Source: Candidatus Nomurabacteria bacterium
GTDB lineage: Bacteria; Patescibacteriota; Minisyncoccia; Phycocordibacterales; CAIJYI01
NCBI GenBank assembly: GCA_943356445.1
Contig: CALREZ010000003.1
Span: 6,125-70,124 of the forward strand
Direction: 5' to 3'
Length of the DNA: 64,000 bases
Positions 7,950 through 18,565 of the stretch are shown piece after piece. Below the pieces are notes generated by a model. It was given only the letters and a program-made list of their open reading frames with translations, searched no databases and had not been told where the DNA came from. Position 1 is the first letter of the stretch; every line of letters begins with the position of its first letter. The translations under genes were made by a program, and so were the position numbers.

Positions 7950-10628
7950 TTATGCGGTAACTTTTTCTTTCTGCCCCTTCCCTACCGGTTTGCGTTTTAT
8001 TTTATCAGCGGTAATGGTGAGTTCGCCATTCTTCATTCCGACGGACACGACTCCTCCGAAGAGCATGCCTTTGGAGATCATCATCGTGGCGACAGGATTC
8101 AAGATCTTGTTTTGAATAAGCCGCTTCAGTGGTCTCGCGCCGTACTGAGGGTTGTATCCTTCTTTAGCAAGATATTCAAGAGCCGATTCAGAAACATTGA
8201 GAATAATCTCTTTTTCTTTCAATCGTTTCTGAACGATGGCAACCTGAAGACCGGCAATTTCTCTGACGGCTTCTTGGGAAAGAATATCAAAGATAAGAAT
8301 TTCATCCAAACGATTCAAGAATTCCGGACGGAAATAATTTTTGAGAGCCGCGGTCACTTTTTCTTTCGCTTCAGTATAATCCGCCGCATCGGTCGTATTG
8401 GAAAATCCGATAGACTTCATCCGATCAATGAATTCGGCGCCGATATTGGAAGTGAGAATAATGACGGTATTTTTAAAGTTGACCGTTCTTCCTTTTGCGT
8501 CGGTAAGGCGTCCGTTATCCAGCACCTGCAAAAGAATGTTGAAGACTTCCGGATGAGCTTTTTCTATCTCGTCAAACAAGAGAACGGAATACGGTTTATG
8601 ACGGACGAGTTCGGTGATATTTCCGCCCTCTTCATGTCCGACATATCCGGGAGGAGAACCGATGATTTTTGAAACCGAGTGCTTCTCCATGTACTCGGAC
8701 ATATCTATGCGGATGAGAGACTTCTCGTCATTGAACAAAAATTCCGCCACTGCTTTGGAGAGCTCGGTCTTTCCCACTCCGGTGGGGCCCAAGAAAAGGA
8801 ACGAACCGATCGGATGGTTCGGATCGGCAATGCCGACGCGAGAGCGTTTGATGGCATCCGAAATTTTCTCAATCGCGCTGTTCTGTCCGACGACGCGGGC
8901 GCGGAGACGATCTTCAAGCGTGCCGAGTTTCGCCGCTTCTTCTTCCAGCATTTTTGAAACGGGAATTCCCGTCCACTTGGAAACAATATCGGCGATTTCC
9001 GCTTCGGTGATTTCTTCTTTAAGAATTCTCTGCGCGCTTTTGAGTTTTTTCAAACGAAGGCTTTTGGAAGCAAGTTCTTTTTCCAGCGTCGGAATTTTTC
9101 CGTAGCGGATCTCGGCAACGGTGGCAAGATCGGTGCGAGCTTCGGCGGTTTCCGCTTCAAGACGAAACGCATCAAGCTGTTTCTTTATCTCGCGCATGGA
9201 AGTGAGAATTTCTTTCTCGTTTTTCCATCTCGTCTCCACGTCATGCGTTCTTTCGCGAAGGTCGGCAATCTCTTTATCAATATCTTTCATGCGGGATTTC
9301 GCGTTGTGTCCTTCATCCGTTCCCGCTTCTTTTTTGAGCGCTTCTTTTTCAATTTCCAAACGCATAATCTTGCGATGCGCATCTTCAAGTACCGCGGGTT
9401 TGGTTTCCAGCGAAATTTTCAGCATGGAAGCGGCTTCATCAATGAGGTCAACCGCCTTGTCGGGCAAGAACCGATCGCTGATGTAGCGTCCGCTCAAATT
9501 GACGGCGGAAAGAATGGCGTCATCGGTGATGCGTACCCCGTGATAGAGTTCGTATTTTTCTTTGAGTCCGCGAAGAATGGCGACCGCGTCGGGAATGGAA
9601 GGTTCGTTCACTAAAACCGGTTGAAAGCGGCGAGTAAGCGCGGGGTCTTTTTCAATATGTTTTTGATATTCTTTGAGTGTCGTCGCTCCGATAGCGCGAA
9701 GTTCTCCGCGAGCAAGCGCGGGTTTGAGCATGTTGGAAGCGTCCAGAGAACCGTCCGCTCCGCCGGCTCCGACAATCATGTGTATCTCGTCAATAAAAAG
9801 AATGATCTTCCCTTCGGAATGTTCGATCTCTTTCATAATCGCCTTCAACCGCTCTTCAAATTCTCCGCGATATTTCGTACCAGCGACGAGCGAACCGATA
9901 TCAAGGGAAACGAGTTCTTTGTCTTTGAGGGATTCGGGAACATCGCCTTTCGCCATGCGGATCGCAAGACCTTCAACGACGGCGGTTTTCCCCACGCCGG
10001 CTTCTCCGATCAAGATCGGATTGTTTTTGGTTCGGCGGGAAAGTATCTGCATGATGCGGGCAATCTCAACGTCCCGACCGATAACCGGATCAAGTTTGTC
10101 TTCGCTCGCGAGTTTTGTCAGGCTTCTCGTATAGCGCGAAAGCACTTTGGATTTTTTTGGAGCGCTGACATCGGTAATGTTTCCGTTTTTGAATTCCTGC
10201 AGAATGCGGAGCACTTCGTCTTTGGTAATTTTGAAACGGGCGAGAAGCTCGCGGGATGTCTGGGAAATTTCTATGAGGGAGAGAAAAATGTGTTCGGTGG
10301 AAATAAAGCTGTCGTTCAGGGATTGGGAAACCTTGGCGGAATTTTCCAGTACGTTGGCAATCTCAGGGGTCAGGTACATCTGGTACGACGGAGACATGGT
10401 GGTACTGTTCTCGTTCGTTTCAAGAACCGCAAGAAGAGAATCTATGAGAAGATTCTGATCCGTTTCCATTCGGTCTAAAATGGCAATAACCGGGCCTTCT
10501 TCCTGGAGAACGAGCGCGGCGAGAAGATGCAAAGAATCAACGTGGTTTTGTCCGCGTTCAATAGCCAATTCGTGAGCTCGGCGAATCGCTTCTTTTGCTT
10601 TAGTGGTAAAGTCTTTAAGTGGCGGCAT
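7950..10628 (-). CDS. clpB: ATP-dependent chaperone ClpB (Clp_N domain, two AAA+ modules, long coiled-coil M-domain)
   Basis: Clp N-domain repeats; GEAGVGKTA in AAA-1; [19 protein letters not shown] in AAA-2; a long middle coiled coil; sensor-2 GARPLKR. Confidence 0.9.
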   Translation of the reverse strand: MPPLKDFTTKAKEAIRRAHELAIERGQNHVDSLHLLAALVLQEEGPVIAILDRMETDQNLLIDSLLAVLETNENSTTMSPSYQMYLTPEIANVLENSAKVSQSLNDSFISTEHIFLSLIEISQTSRELLARFKITKDEVLRILQEFKNGNITDVSAPKKSKVLSRYTRSLTKLASEDKLDPVIGRDVEIARIMQILSRRTKNNPILIGEAGVGKTAVVEGLAIRMAKGDVPESLKDKELVSLDIGSLVAGTKYRGEFEERLKAIMKEIEHSEGKIILFIDEIHMIVGAGGADGSLDASNMLKPALARGELRAIGATTLKEYQKHIEKDPALTRRFQPVLVNEPSIPDAVAILRGLKEKYELYHGVRITDDAILSAVNLSGRYISDRFLPDKAVDLIDEAASMLKISLETKPAVLEDAHRKIMRLEIEKEALKKEAGTDEGHNAKSRMKDIDKEIADLRERTHDVETRWKNEKEILTSMREIKKQLDAFRLEAETAEARTDLATVAEIRYGKIPTLEKELASKSLRLKKLKSAQRILKEEITEAEIADIVSKWTGIPVSKMLEEEAAKLGTLEDRLRARVVGQNSAIEKISDAIKRSRVGIADPNHPIGSFLFLGPTGVGKTELSKAVAEFLFNDEKSLIRIDMSEYMEKHSVSKIIGSPPGYVGHEEGGNITELVRHKPYSVLLFDEIEKAHPEVFNILLQVLDNGRLTDAKGRTVNFKNTVIILTSNIGAEFIDRMKSIGFSNTTDAADYTEAKEKVTAALKNYFRPEFLNRLDEILIFDILSQEAVREIAGLQVAIVQKRLKEKEIILNVSESALEYLAKEGYNPQYGARPLKRLIQNKILNPVATMMISKGMLFGGVVSVGMKNGELTITADKIKRKPVGKGQKEKVTA

Positions 10629-10701
10629 ATATATTTAGATAAAAAAGAAAAACCAATAATGATTTTTCTTTTGTTTATGATACAAGAGTAGGTAAAGATT
10701 G

Positions 10702-11553
10702 TCAAATTCCCGGCAGAGCGCTCGGCAGAGCCTCTAGAGCAGCAGCTTGAGAAGCCGCCGATTTATCGGTTTTTGGCTTTTTATACTCGTTTATGGCGCT
10801 TTGAATTTGGGCCGAAGAAAGAGAAAAACCCTTGCCTTCCGCCGGAATCATATTGATTCCGATAACCCTTCCATCAACCCCGAATATCGGGCCTCCTCGG
10901 TCGGAAAGAGATAAAGAGAGAGAACTCAGTATCTGGGATTTTGTAATTTCCGAAACAATTCCTTGCGAGACGGCTCCGCCGCTTTTTCCTCCGAGAGAAA
11001 GAATGGTTTGTCCGAGTTTCGGATCCGAGAGAGAAAGAGGCGCCCCGCGAAGAGTGATAAGTTTTTTATCGTCAAACAGTTCCAAAAGCGCCACACCCGT
11101 TTTTTCATCAACAAAAACTTTTTTACCCGTATATGTTTTTCCATTCAGAAGAGTAACGGAAAATTCATTCCATTCGCCCAGAACGCCGGCATCGGTAGCC
11201 ACCACCCCGCCCCCGTCGGCAAGAAATCCAATCCCGCGTTTTTCCCCTTCGCTCGTTTCGGTTTTTGGAGTAAAGATGCTTGCCATGTAGGAAAGATTGG
11301 ATTGCACGGAAGCAACAATTTGGTCGTTCTCGGTTAAAACGGGAGCAACCGCCGGAACTTTAATAACCGAAGGCGTCGTTGTTCCGGTAACGACCCGTTC
11401 TATCGTTTTTTCCACAATGCGATTGAAGGTTTGAGAAATGACGGGCGTAGAATCGGTAAGCATGGATACGATAACGATACTCGTCGCCGTAGAAGCAACG
11501 AAACTTACCAAAAGATTCAAGAGCACTATTTGTTGTTTTGTGAGATCTTCCAT
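10702..11553 (-). CDS. Membrane-anchored trypsin-like (HtrA/S1 fold) protein, apparently catalytically inactive (pseudo-protease)
   Basis: S1-like blocks GFLADGGGVVATDAGVL, TGVALLEL and LSDRGGPIFGVDGRVIGIN align to TNNHV, DLALLK and GNSGGP. H, D and S are each replaced (G, G, R). The N-terminus has a TM helix. Start taken at MEDLTKQ. Confidence 0.55.
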   Translation of the reverse strand: MEDLTKQQIVLLNLLVSFVASTATSIVIVSMLTDSTPVISQTFNRIVEKTIERVVTGTTTPSVIKVPAVAPVLTENDQIVASVQSNLSYMASIFTPKTETSEGEKRGIGFLADGGGVVATDAGVLGEWNEFSVTLLNGKTYTGKKVFVDEKTGVALLELFDDKKLITLRGAPLSLSDPKLGQTILSLGGKSGGAVSQGIVSEITKSQILSSLSLSLSDRGGPIFGVDGRVIGINMIPAEGKGFSLSSAQIQSAINEYKKPKTDKSAASQAAALEALPSALPGI

Positions 11554-11634
11554 AAAACTATAATACCAAGAAAAAGAAAGAAAGTTAATATGAAAAATCG
11601 CCGGACAAAAATTGTCCGGCGGTTTGTTTATCAA

Positions 11635-12072
11635 TTACGATAACCCTAACGCTTTCGCTTGTTCTTGAGTAATAACGCGAACACCTTGTTTGATAAGAAT
11701 ATCTTTCAAAAGCGCCACCTGGCTTTCAAGATGAGTAATCTTGGCGTTCTTGCGAACCTGGTGTTCTTGAGCTTTTTCATACTGGAATAAAGACCACTCT
11801 TCAAGATCATAAATGTATCCGGTATTGTTACTATCTCTGGTCAGAACAAAACGATTGCCGTCCTTGTCTGACAAAACATAAGAATAATTCCAATTATCCG
11901 TAAACTTTTTTTCAACGATAGTAAAAATCGTTCTTAAAGGATATTTTGCCAAAGGAGAAATAGATTTTTCCCCAAAGCACACGCTATCAAGAATGACCAG
12001 TCTTCCGACTCCGCCCCTGCTATAAAGGGCTCCCAAAGAAATCTTTTCTCCGTCTTTATAATACTCTAACAT
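11635..12072 (-). CDS. Hypothetical protein
   Basis: ORF only; start ambiguous (MLEYYKDG chosen). Confidence 0.35.
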   Translation of the reverse strand: MLEYYKDGEKISLGALYSRGGVGRLVILDSVCFGEKSISPLAKYPLRTIFTIVEKKFTDNWNYSYVLSDKDGNRFVLTRDSNNTGYIYDLEEWSLFQYEKAQEHQVRKNAKITHLESQVALLKDILIKQGVRVITQEQAKALGLS

Positions 12073-12237
12073 TTTTATTCTCCTCTTTCGCCCGCAGTTC
12101 GGATTCGTCTCACTCATAAGAAGAGCGCGGCTTCCCGCAGACAAAGCTTTCGTGCGAAACCTGCACAAGGTATGACGTATAAAGCAAATTCAAAGAACCA
12201 TTTTGCTTATACTGCGTTTTATATTAATAGACGATGT

Positions 12238-12810
12238 TCAGTTTGTCAATCTCTCTTCCACCTCTTTCCAATCAATCGCGTCCCAGAAGGCTTTGAGGTA
12301 ATCGGCTCGTTTTAAACCGTAATCAACCATAAAAGCATGTTCAAAGACATCCATCACCAATATCGGAGTCGTTCCGACGAGAAGCCCGACATCATGTTCA
12401 TTGATCCATGTATTGAAGAGTCTTCCCTCTTTTTTGTCGTAGGCAAGAATAACCCAGCCGATGCCGCGCATGGCGCCGGTCGCCAGAAAATCTTTTTTCC
12501 AGTTTTCAAACGACCCGAATCGTTCGGATATTTTTTGATACAATTCGGAATTGCCGTTCACCGCGAGCGAGTCTTTCTTCATGTTGTCAAAATAAAGCTC
12601 ATGCAAATGCATGCCGTTCCACTCCCAAGCAAAACGTCGTTTCAGTTCCGCATATTCAATGGAACCTATTTCTGTCGTCTCCGCTTTTTCAGCAAATTTA
12701 TTAACGTTCGCGACATATCCCTGATAGAGAGTAAAGTGATTCTTCAGCAGAGTTTCGCTGAAGCCAGAAAGACCAATCAAATGATCGTAGTTTTTTGCTT
12801 CGTAAGCCAT
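12238..12810 (-). CDS. sod: Fe/Mn-family superoxide dismutase
   Basis: The C-terminal DVFEHAFM (D-x-W/F-E-H) metal-ligand motif, WEWNGMHLHELYF, and the overall length. Confidence 0.75.
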   Translation of the reverse strand: MAYEAKNYDHLIGLSGFSETLLKNHFTLYQGYVANVNKFAEKAETTEIGSIEYAELKRRFAWEWNGMHLHELYFDNMKKDSLAVNGNSELYQKISERFGSFENWKKDFLATGAMRGIGWVILAYDKKEGRLFNTWINEHDVGLLVGTTPILVMDVFEHAFMVDYGLKRADYLKAFWDAIDWKEVEERLTN

Positions 12811-12872
12811 AGTATTAATGGATTAAATTTTTAATCCTTTTAGTATAGCACAGACCGATAGTAAGGTCTTGC

Positions 12873-14039
12873 CTACCCGACAAACTTTGAAAGTTCGTTT
12901 ACGGTAAAAATGAGATCTTCTTTTTTAGTATCGCGTCCGAGGGTGAAGCGCAGAGAGCTTGCGGCGCGTTCTCTTCCGAAACCGAGCGCCTCTATGACGT
13001 GCGAGACTTTTCCGTCATGACCAATGTTGGCGCAGGCGGAACCGGTGGAGCAGGAGATACCGCGCGCATCCAGTTGGATAACGAGTTCTTCCGCATCGGT
13101 TCCGGGAATGGAAATGTTGACGTTGTTCGGAAGTCTTTTTTCCGCACTTCCGTTTAAGATAGCGCCGGGAATTTCTGAGAGGATTTCTTGTATGAAAAAG
13201 TCGCGAAGTTTTGCAAGCCGCGCCGATTCTTTTTCTTTCATTTGTTCCGCAACTTTCATCGCCTCCGCAAACCCCTTCAGCCCGGCGACATTTTCCGTTC
13301 CGCTCCTCGTTCCTTTTTCCTGTCCTCCGCCGAAAAGTATCGGGGAAATTTTTATTCCTCTTTTTACGAACAAAGCGCCGACGCCTTTCGGCCCGTAAAT
13401 TTTTGAAGCATTGAAGGTCATAAGGTCAACACCCAGACGAAGCACGTTCATATCCAAATAATTTGCTGCCTGGCACGCATCCGTGTGAAAAAGAGGTTTG
13501 CTTTTTGAGTGGCGAATGATTTTTGCTATTTCTGAAATCGGCTGTATTGTTCCGATTTCATTGTTGGCATACATAACAGAAACCAAAACCGTATTTTCTT
13601 TGATGGCTTCTTTCAGATCTTTCAGAGAAACCAATCCATCCTTATCAACGGGAAGATAGGTCACTTCCGCTCCGCGCTTTTCCAGCTCGCGCGCGCACTC
13701 CAAAACAGAAGCATGTTCAACGGAGCTGACAACAAGGTGAGATTTTTTCGGATCTTGCACGATGCCAAAAAGAGCAAGATTGTTTGATTCCGTTCCTCCG
13801 CCGGTAAAAATAATTTCATCGGGATTGGCGCCTATCGTCTCCGCAATATCTTTTCGTATTTCCAAAAGCGACTTTTTTGCCTCCACCCCTTCTTTATAGA
13901 GAGAACTCGGGTTGCCATATGATTCAGAACCAATCTTTTGCATAACAGAAAGAACCCCCTTATCCAAAGGAGTCGCAGCGGCATGATCCAGATAGATGCG
14001 TTTGTGTGCTGTTGACTTTTTGCTAATCATGTTATACAT
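12873..14039 (-). CDS. iscS: Cysteine desulfurase (class V aminotransferase, IscS/NifS-like)
   Basis: PLP lysine region FNASKIYGPKG, catalytic Cys loop SSGSACAN, and HAAATPL near the N-terminus. Confidence 0.85.
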   Translation of the reverse strand: MYNMISKKSTAHKRIYLDHAAATPLDKGVLSVMQKIGSESYGNPSSLYKEGVEAKKSLLEIRKDIAETIGANPDEIIFTGGGTESNNLALFGIVQDPKKSHLVVSSVEHASVLECARELEKRGAEVTYLPVDKDGLVSLKDLKEAIKENTVLVSVMYANNEIGTIQPISEIAKIIRHSKSKPLFHTDACQAANYLDMNVLRLGVDLMTFNASKIYGPKGVGALFVKRGIKISPILFGGGQEKGTRSGTENVAGLKGFAEAMKVAEQMKEKESARLAKLRDFFIQEILSEIPGAILNGSAEKRLPNNVNISIPGTDAEELVIQLDARGISCSTGSACANIGHDGKVSHVIEALGFGRERAASSLRFTLGRDTKKEDLIFTVNELSKFVG

Positions 14040-14107
14040 TAAAAATTGGATCTATTACGTTATTGGTTCTAGAAAATTCATCATAATACACAATTAAGGA
14101 GTTGGCA

Positions 14108-14683
14108 ATGACCATTGTCAAAGACAGCCATACGATAAAAGGCGTATTCATACGGATACGCCACGAAATACCGGAATTATTGCTTTTGGAACACAAGGTT
14201 CGCGAGGACACCGCCCCCCAAAAAAGAGGCGGGAAATTCAAAGAATGGCCCCGCTGGGGCTTTCCGGGCGGAAAAGTTGAGTCTGACGAAGACTTGATTC
14301 TCACCTTAATACGCGAAACATGGGAAGAGATACACCTTCCCCTGTCCGCCGAAATGTTCAACGAAGAGCACACCGTTCACTGCGAGGTAAAACCGTCGCT
14401 TCGCGCCGGTTATGACACGCATCAAGATCATTACAAGTTCGCCCTTCTTCCTCCGGAAACGGAAATAGCAGAAGTGGAGAGCGATAACGATGAGATCGTG
14501 CGAGGGCAATTCTTCCCTCTTGATAAGATACCAACGCCGGATGACCCGCTTCCTTTCACCAGAAATCAGCTTCGCGGACTCGTGGAAATGTTACGCCACT
14601 TAATCGGCAAAGTGGAAAATGCCGACAAATGGCTGGCAACCGTTGAGAAGTGGGCGTATCCCTACCTCGGATCAAGAAAATAG
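14108..14683 (+). CDS. NUDIX hydrolase
   Basis: Nudix box GGKVESDEDLILTLIRETWEEIHL (Gx5Ex7REUxEExGU). AAGGAG RBS at 14093-14098. Confidence 0.75.
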   Translation: MTIVKDSHTIKGVFIRIRHEIPELLLLEHKVREDTAPQKRGGKFKEWPRWGFPGGKVESDEDLILTLIRETWEEIHLPLSAEMFNEEHTVHCEVKPSLRAGYDTHQDHYKFALLPPETEIAEVESDNDEIVRGQFFPLDKIPTPDDPLPFTRNQLRGLVEMLRHLIGKVENADKWLATVEKWAYPYLGSRK

Positions 14684-14757
14684 AAAAAGAGTCACGGCCT
14701 CATAAAGAGGCCGTGTTTTTTGCATAATCTCGTTAATTGTTATATAATTGCCCGCAT

Positions 14758-15210
14758 ATGGATACAACCTCTCTTCTCTATGTTTTTATCGCGCTCGCCG
14801 TCATTCTTGTCATCTGGGTTATTCGCCTGGAAGTAAAAATGAGCCGGTTATTGGCCGGTCAGGACGGTAAAAGTTTAGAGACGAGCATTGTGACACTTAT
14901 CGGAAAAGTGGGAAAATTGGAGGGTGCCAGTATTGACGCGCATTCAAAAATAGCCGCTCTTCGCGCGCATTTAAGAAAGAGCGTTCAGCGTGTGGAAACA
15001 ATGCGGTTCAATCCGTTCAAAGGCACGGGCTCCGGCGGAAACCAAAGCTTTGTCACTTCTTTTTCGGACGAAGACGGAAACGGCGTGGTCATATCCGGAC
15101 TTTATGCGCGCGACGGCGTAAGCGTCTATGCAAAGCCGATCGCCAAATTCGCGTCCGAATACAATCTTTCCGAAGAAGAGAAGGAAATAATAGAAAAATT
15201 AAAACAATAG
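14758..15210 (+). CDS. DUF4446-family membrane protein
   Basis: An N-terminal TM followed by RFNPFKGTGSGGNQSF...GNGVVISGLYARDGVSVYAK, which I recall as DUF4446; this is from memory. Confidence 0.5.
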   Translation: MDTTSLLYVFIALAVILVIWVIRLEVKMSRLLAGQDGKSLETSIVTLIGKVGKLEGASIDAHSKIAALRAHLRKSVQRVETMRFNPFKGTGSGGNQSFVTSFSDEDGNGVVISGLYARDGVSVYAKPIAKFASEYNLSEEEKEIIEKLKQ

Positions 15211-15282
15211 AACCAAGAGCTGAGAATAAAAGGCGATGACCCTTTTATTTTTTATTCTTCGTTCTAGACCCTCAAAATAATT

Positions 15283-16818
15283 ATGCTACATATAACTAAC
15301 AAAAAACCGGCGCCCGTTTCCACCATCATGACCCGTCCGCCAATCGTTACCGTCATGGGACACATTGACCACGGAAAATCCACGCTTCTTGATTACATCA
15401 GGAAGGCGAACGTCGTAGGGGGAGAAGTCGGAGGAATTACGCAAAGACTTACGGCCTATGAAGCGACGCATAAAAACGAGAAAGGCGAGGAAAAGAAAAT
15501 AACATTCCTTGATACTCCCGGACATGAAGCCTTTTCCAAGATGCGTTCCAACAGCGCCGTCGCCGCAGATATTGCAATCCTCATTGTTTCCGCGGAAGAC
15601 GGAGTGAAAGCGCAGACCATTGAAGCCTACAAGGCGATAGACAGCTCCGGGATTCCCTTCGTCGTCGCCATCAACAAAATTGACCGACCGAATGCGGATA
15701 TTGAACGAACCAAACAAACACTCACGGAAAACGAAATATATCTGGAGGGGTTCGGAGGAAACACCCCTTGGGTTCCCATCTCCGCAAAGACCGGCGAAGG
15801 AGTCCCGGAACTTCTAGAAATGGTTCTTCTCATTGCCGAAATGGAAGACCTGAAAGGCGATACTTCTCTCAAAGCGGAAGGGGTTGTTCTTGAATCGCAC
15901 GTGGATGCCAAAAGCGGCGTTACCGCAACGCTTATCATCAAAGACGGAGTACTGAAAAAAGGAATGTACGTTACTTCCCGCGGAGACATCGCCCCGGTGC
16001 GTTCCATCGAAAATTTCCTCGGAAAAAAGATAGATCAAGCGCAATTTTCCATGCCGGTCAGTATTTCCGGATGGAGCGATCTTCCGAAATCAGGATCCGG
16101 TTTCAATTCTTTCCTCTCCAAAGCGGACGCAAAAAAATGGGTGGACGAATTCCGCGAGGCCAGCAGAGAAAACAATAAGAATCACAAAATAAACGAAGGA
16201 GCAAAAGCGGGAGTTCTCCGCATACCGGTTATCATTAAAGCCGACGCGCTCGGAGCCATTGATGCCATTCTGCATGAAATAAAAAAGATACAGGTTGAAA
16301 ATGTTGAAATAAAGATACTCGCGAGCGGAGGCGGTTCCATTACCGAGAATGATGTGAAGCTCGCCTCAAGCGACGGAAAAGGAATCGTGCTCGGTTTCGG
16401 CGTAGACGCGGACGCGAGCGCCCGATCATCGGCGGAACGTTTCTCGGTCACTATCGCCACGTTTGATATCATTTACAAAATGACCGAATGGCTCGCGGAA
16501 GAAATGGAAAAACGCCGCCCGAGACAAGAAGTGGAAGAAAGAATGGGTGCCGCAAAAATCATCCGTATATTCAATACCGAGAAAAATTCCCGCGTTGTCG
16601 GAGGAAAAGTTACCGAGGGGGTTATCAACGTCGGAGACAATGTGAAGATAATGCGAAGAGATTTTGAGATTGGAAGAGGAAAAGTCATAGAACTCCAGCA
16701 GCAAAAACTGAAGTCAAAGCAAGTAACGGAAGGACTGGAATTCGGAGCAAAGATTGACTCCAAACAAGAAATAGCGCAAGGAGACGTATTGGAAGCGTTT
16801 GAAGTAGTGAAAAAATAA
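15283..16818 (+). CDS. infB: Translation initiation factor IF-2, short form lacking the long N-terminal extension
   Basis: G-domain GHIDHGKSTLLD and DTPGHEAF, NKIDR, plus domain II and C-terminal blocks. Followed by rbfA as in the canonical operon. Confidence 0.9.
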   Translation: MLHITNKKPAPVSTIMTRPPIVTVMGHIDHGKSTLLDYIRKANVVGGEVGGITQRLTAYEATHKNEKGEEKKITFLDTPGHEAFSKMRSNSAVAADIAILIVSAEDGVKAQTIEAYKAIDSSGIPFVVAINKIDRPNADIERTKQTLTENEIYLEGFGGNTPWVPISAKTGEGVPELLEMVLLIAEMEDLKGDTSLKAEGVVLESHVDAKSGVTATLIIKDGVLKKGMYVTSRGDIAPVRSIENFLGKKIDQAQFSMPVSISGWSDLPKSGSGFNSFLSKADAKKWVDEFREASRENNKNHKINEGAKAGVLRIPVIIKADALGAIDAILHEIKKIQVENVEIKILASGGGSITENDVKLASSDGKGIVLGFGVDADASARSSAERFSVTIATFDIIYKMTEWLAEEMEKRRPRQEVEERMGAAKIIRIFNTEKNSRVVGGKVTEGVINVGDNVKIMRRDFEIGRGKVIELQQQKLKSKQVTEGLEFGAKIDSKQEIAQGDVLEAFEVVKK

Positions 16819-16822
16819 AATT

Positions 16823-17146
16823 ATGCCTAATTACGAAGAAAAAGCGGGAAATCTGTTCCGAAGACTCGCCGGCGAATTTATTGCCAGAGAATCGAATCGC
16901 ACGTCGCTCATTACGGTGACGAATGTTCTGGTGAGAGAAAACGGACGCGAGCTCGTCATATTTGTTACCGTTCTTCCGGACGCGGAAGAAGAGACCGCTC
17001 TTTCTTTCTTAAAAAGAAAACGCAGCGATTTTCGCGAATACATCAAAAAGAACACGCGCATCAAAACCATTCCCGTCGTTGATTTTGAGATAGATAAGGG
17101 AGAAAAGCACCGCCAAAGAATTGACGAGATATCGCAAGGGATATAG
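16823..17146 (+). CDS. rbfA: Ribosome-binding factor A
   Basis: Position after infB; about 107 aa; an RbfA-like KH fold pattern (RVTNVLVRENGRELVIFVTVLPDAEE). Confidence 0.75.
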   Translation: MPNYEEKAGNLFRRLAGEFIARESNRTSLITVTNVLVRENGRELVIFVTVLPDAEEETALSFLKRKRSDFREYIKKNTRIKTIPVVDFEIDKGEKHRQRIDEISQGI

Positions 17147-17165
17147 TATAGATGAGTGCGAAACC

Positions 17166-17237
17166 GGCCTGGTAGCCAAGTGGTAAGGCGAAGCTCTGCA
17201 AAAGCTTTATGCGGGAGTTCAATTCTCCCCCAGGCCT
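17166..17237 (+). tRNA. tRNA-Cys (anticodon GCA)
   Basis: Acceptor GGCCTGG/CCAGGCC, anticodon stem-loop AGCT-CTGCAAA-AGCT, T-arm GGGAGTTCAATTCTCCC. Confidence 0.75.
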
Positions 17238-17337
17238 CAAGAAATATAACCGGAAAATCCGGTTTTTATTTTACTAATTATGGTACAGGTAAAGTTATAC
17301 ACTTCCTTATGTGTATACCTTATAGTATAATCATACA

Positions 17338-17823
17338 ATGAGGAACAAAAGCTGGACAAAAGAACAACTTTCTCTTGCTGTTGAAAAATCAAAAAGCGTT
17401 AGGGGCGTCATAAAAGCGCTTGGCTTAGTTCCAGCAGGAGGCAATTATGAGCAGATTAAACGATATATTGCGGAGTATGACCTCAATACAAAACACTTTA
17501 CAGGAATGACATGGAATAAAGGAATGAGAGGAATCGGCATTCCACGGATTCAACTTTCAGACATTCTGAAAAAGGATAGCAACTATCAAAGCTTCAAATT
17601 AAAAAAACGCCTTTACTCCGCCGGAATTAAAAAACCGAGTTGCGAAGAATGCGGTTGGTCAAAAGTTACAAAAGATGGTAGAATACCGTTGGAGTTAGAT
17701 CATATAAACGGAAATCATCACGATAATCGCTTAGAAAACTTAAGAATCCTCTGCCCCAACTGCCACAGTCTCAAGCCAACCCATCGCGGTTTAAACAAAT
17801 ATAAAAACATGCCTGAGTGTTGA
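17338..17823 (+). CDS. Stand-alone HNH endonuclease embedded in the tRNA cluster; its last 13 nt overlap the tRNA-Leu 5-prime end
   Basis: HNH motif CEECGW...LELDHINGNHHDNRLENLRILCPNCHS. The stop codon TGA lies inside the tRNA-Leu acceptor/D region. Confidence 0.75.
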   Translation: MRNKSWTKEQLSLAVEKSKSVRGVIKALGLVPAGGNYEQIKRYIAEYDLNTKHFTGMTWNKGMRGIGIPRIQLSDILKKDSNYQSFKLKKRLYSAGIKKPSCEECGWSKVTKDGRIPLELDHINGNHHDNRLENLRILCPNCHSLKPTHRGLNKYKNMPEC

Positions 17824-17894
17824 AATTGGTATACAAGCGACACTTAAAATGTCGTGGGCGTAAGCTCATGTGGGTTCGACCCCCACCTCAGGCA
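17811..17894 (+). tRNA. tRNA-Leu (anticodon TAA) with a long variable arm
   Basis: Acceptor GCCTGAG/CTCAGGC, anticodon stem-loop CGACA-CTTAAAA-TGTCG, long variable arm, T-arm GTGGGTTCGACCCCCAC. Confidence 0.75.
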
Positions 17895-17916
17895 CAAAAA
17901 ATATCTTTAATAAAAT

Positions 17917-18393
17917 ATGAAAAATAAAAAAGCAATAATAGCCATAGTTATCATTACCTTTATTGCTGTGGCCATAGTTTTTGCATGGTTCAACCAAAAA
18001 ACTGACCAAGCTCAGGCACCAGTTAATTGGAAAACGTACACGAGCGCGTCATATGGTATTTCTGTTAGTATACCAAATGACTGGAAAGATGAATGGCCGG
18101 CAGACCAAAGTCTGCACGCGTTAGAAAGGATAGAAGACTATACGATAATTTCTTCACCCGATAGGAAAGAGTCAATGGTCTTTTTAACAAAACCGGTTGA
18201 TTTCAACGGAAGCGATTGCCAAAAAGAAAAACTGGAAGTTAATGGAAACAGGGCTACAAAAATCACCTGCAACACGGCGGAAAATAATACTATCCCCGGG
18301 AAAATAAACTACGAGTTTTCCGATAAAAATCTATTTATCGTCTTTGATCAAAACACTGAGACGATAAGCAAAATACTCTCGTCTATCAAATAA
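17917..18393 (+). CDS. Hypothetical secreted or membrane-anchored protein
   Basis: N-terminal TM/signal-like segment (KKAIIAIVIITFIAVAIVFAWF); no family recognised. Confidence 0.5.
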   Translation: MKNKKAIIAIVIITFIAVAIVFAWFNQKTDQAQAPVNWKTYTSASYGISVSIPNDWKDEWPADQSLHALERIEDYTIISSPDRKESMVFLTKPVDFNGSDCQKEKLEVNGNRATKITCNTAENNTIPGKINYEFSDKNLFIVFDQNTETISKILSSIK

Positions 18394-18442
18394 ACAAAAA
18401 GCATGCCGGGTAAAATTCCGTATTCCAAAAGCGTCTTTGAAT

Positions 18443-18471
18443 TTTCTTTCACATGTGATATAGTCTGAAAT
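18443..18471 (+). promoter_or_regulatory. Sigma-70-like promoter (TTGAAT-N17-TATAGT) for tRNA-Pro
   Basis: The -35 and -10 hexamers were read 20 nt upstream of the tRNA 5-prime end. Confidence 0.4.
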
Positions 18472-18491
18472 ATGGACGAAGCGCAGAGCTT

Positions 18492-18565
18492 CGGGATGTA
18501 GTATACCGGTAGTACATACGATTCGGGTTCGTATAGACCGGGTTCGATTCCCGGCATCCCGACCA
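18492..18565 (+). tRNA. tRNA-Pro (anticodon CGG) with encoded CCA
   Basis: Acceptor CGGGATG/CATCCCG-A-CCA, anticodon stem-loop TACGA-TTCGGGT-TCGTA, T-arm CCGGGTTCGATTCCCGG. Confidence 0.75.

Noticed and set aside
8614-10478. Plus-strand ORFs of 163, 121, 123, 285, 153 and 103 aa inside clpB
   Set aside because: All lie antisense to a complete, highly conserved ClpB frame.
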